Shown in pieces: positions 62,801 to 64,000 of a DNA stretch of 64,000 bases. The stretch is from Centroscyllium fabricii (Eukaryota): contig JBNRSN020000001.1 of the NCBI GenBank assembly GCA_051313645.2, forward strand, positions 156,922,001 to 156,986,000. The letters are read 5' to 3'. The notes below the pieces were generated by a model. The model was not told where the DNA came from. It was given only the letters and a program-made list of their open reading frames with translations, and made no database searches. Each line of letters opens with the position of its first letter. The stretch's first letter is position 1. The translations under genes were made by a program, and so were the position numbers.

Positions 62801-64000
62801 CCAAAGCCTTGAGGAGATGCCTAGGATTTTTCTCCCACTACGCACAATGGGTCCCACAGTTCGCGGACAAGGCTAGACCACTCCTCAAGGCTGCCGTCAT
62901 CCCCCTCTCGGTAGAAGCCCAAACGGCATTCGCCCGGATAAAGGAAGACATCATCAAAGCGACCATGCACGCTGTTGATGAATCCATTCCCTTCCAGGTG
63001 GAGAGCGACGCTTCGGACTTTGCCCTTGCTGCCACCCTGAATCAGGCAGGCAGGCCCGTAGCGTTTTTCTCCCGCACCCTACAGGGACCCGAAACTCGCC
63101 ACTCTGCAGTGGAAAAGGAGGCCCAGGCCATCGTGGAGGCTGTGCGCTACTGGCGTCATTACCTGGCCGGTAAGCGTTTTACCCTTCTCACCGACCAGCG
63201 GTCGGTGGCGTTTATGTTTAATAATAAACAGAAGGGTAAGATCAAGAATGATAAGATCCTGCGGTGGCGGATCGAACTCTCGACTTACGAGTACGACATT
63301 CTTTACCGACCAGGTTAACTCAATGAACCCCCGGACGCACTGTCCAGGGGAACGTGCGCCAGTGCCCAGCTAGACCGGCTGAAGGATCTCCACGACCGCC
63401 TTTGCCACCCGGGTGTCACCAGACTCGCCCACTTTGTTAGATCCCGTAGCCTCCCCTACTCCATCACGGAGATCAAGGCTATGACCCGAGAGTGCCCTGT
63501 TTGCGCCGAGTGCAAACCCCAATTTTTCCGGCCAGACACGGTGCACCTCATTAAGGCCACCCGCCCCTTTGAACGTCTAAGCATGGACTTCAAAGGCCCC
63601 CTCCCCACCACCGACCGCAACTCATACTTCCTCACGGTCGTAGATGAGTTCTCCCGCTTCCCCTTCGCTTTCCCCTGCTCAGATATGACGAGCGCAACAG
63701 TGATGAAACACTTCACCACACTGTTCGCCATTTTTGGTCTCCCCAGCTACATCCATAGCGACCGGGGGTCATCGTTCATGAGCGATGAACTGCGCCAGTT
63801 TCTGCTCCTGAAAGGGGTTGCCACGAGCAGAACGACCAGTTATAACCCCCGGGGGAACGGCCAGGTAGAAAGGGAGAATGGGATCATCTGGAAGGCGGTC
63901 ACCCTGGCTCTGAAGTCCAGAGGCTTTCCAGTGGCCCATTGGCAGGCAGTCCTCCCAGACGCGCTGCTTTCAATACGCTCTCTCCTGTGTACGGCCACTA

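Larger units (their letters stand above)
55300..64000 (+). mobile_element. Ty3/Gypsy element E (close relative of A); 5' LTR split by element G; runs off the window
   Basis: 5' LTR = 55300-55549 plus 60305-60308 after removing the TSD. gag from 60334, RT YLDN, RNase H and integrase, with several stops and frameshifts. Confidence 0.93.

Overview
Vertebrate genomic DNA, almost certainly from a shark: it carries HE1-type V-SINEs, a SacSINE1-like Deu-SINE, and shark-type CR1, L2 and RTE LINEs. The only host gene I can support is the last three coding exons of CCDC81 on the minus strand (37254-37031, 31938-31813, 28020-27891). Most of the rest is a nest of mobile elements. These include six copies of a Mag-like Ty3/Gypsy lineage (labelled A-F), several CsRn1-type Gypsy elements (one near-intact with identical LTRs), two Harbinger transposons (transposase plus Myb/SANT gene), Harbinger MITEs, a long ERV-like solo LTR, LINE fragments and SINEs. 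The main finding concerns the six Mag-like elements. None has a tRNA primer-binding site. Instead, the 13-14 nt just after the 5' LTR is the reverse complement of that LTR's own poly(A)-signal region, and the two arms co-vary between subfamilies. This closes an approximately 80-nt multi-hairpin fold, suggesting self-priming and/or masking of the 5' poly(A) signal. The same lineage mostly has YLDN instead of YxDD in RT and carries YY1-motif arrays in the gag-protease linker. Its 5' LTR fold has been hit twice by CsRn1-type insertions. Family assignments come from recalled motifs, not database searches.
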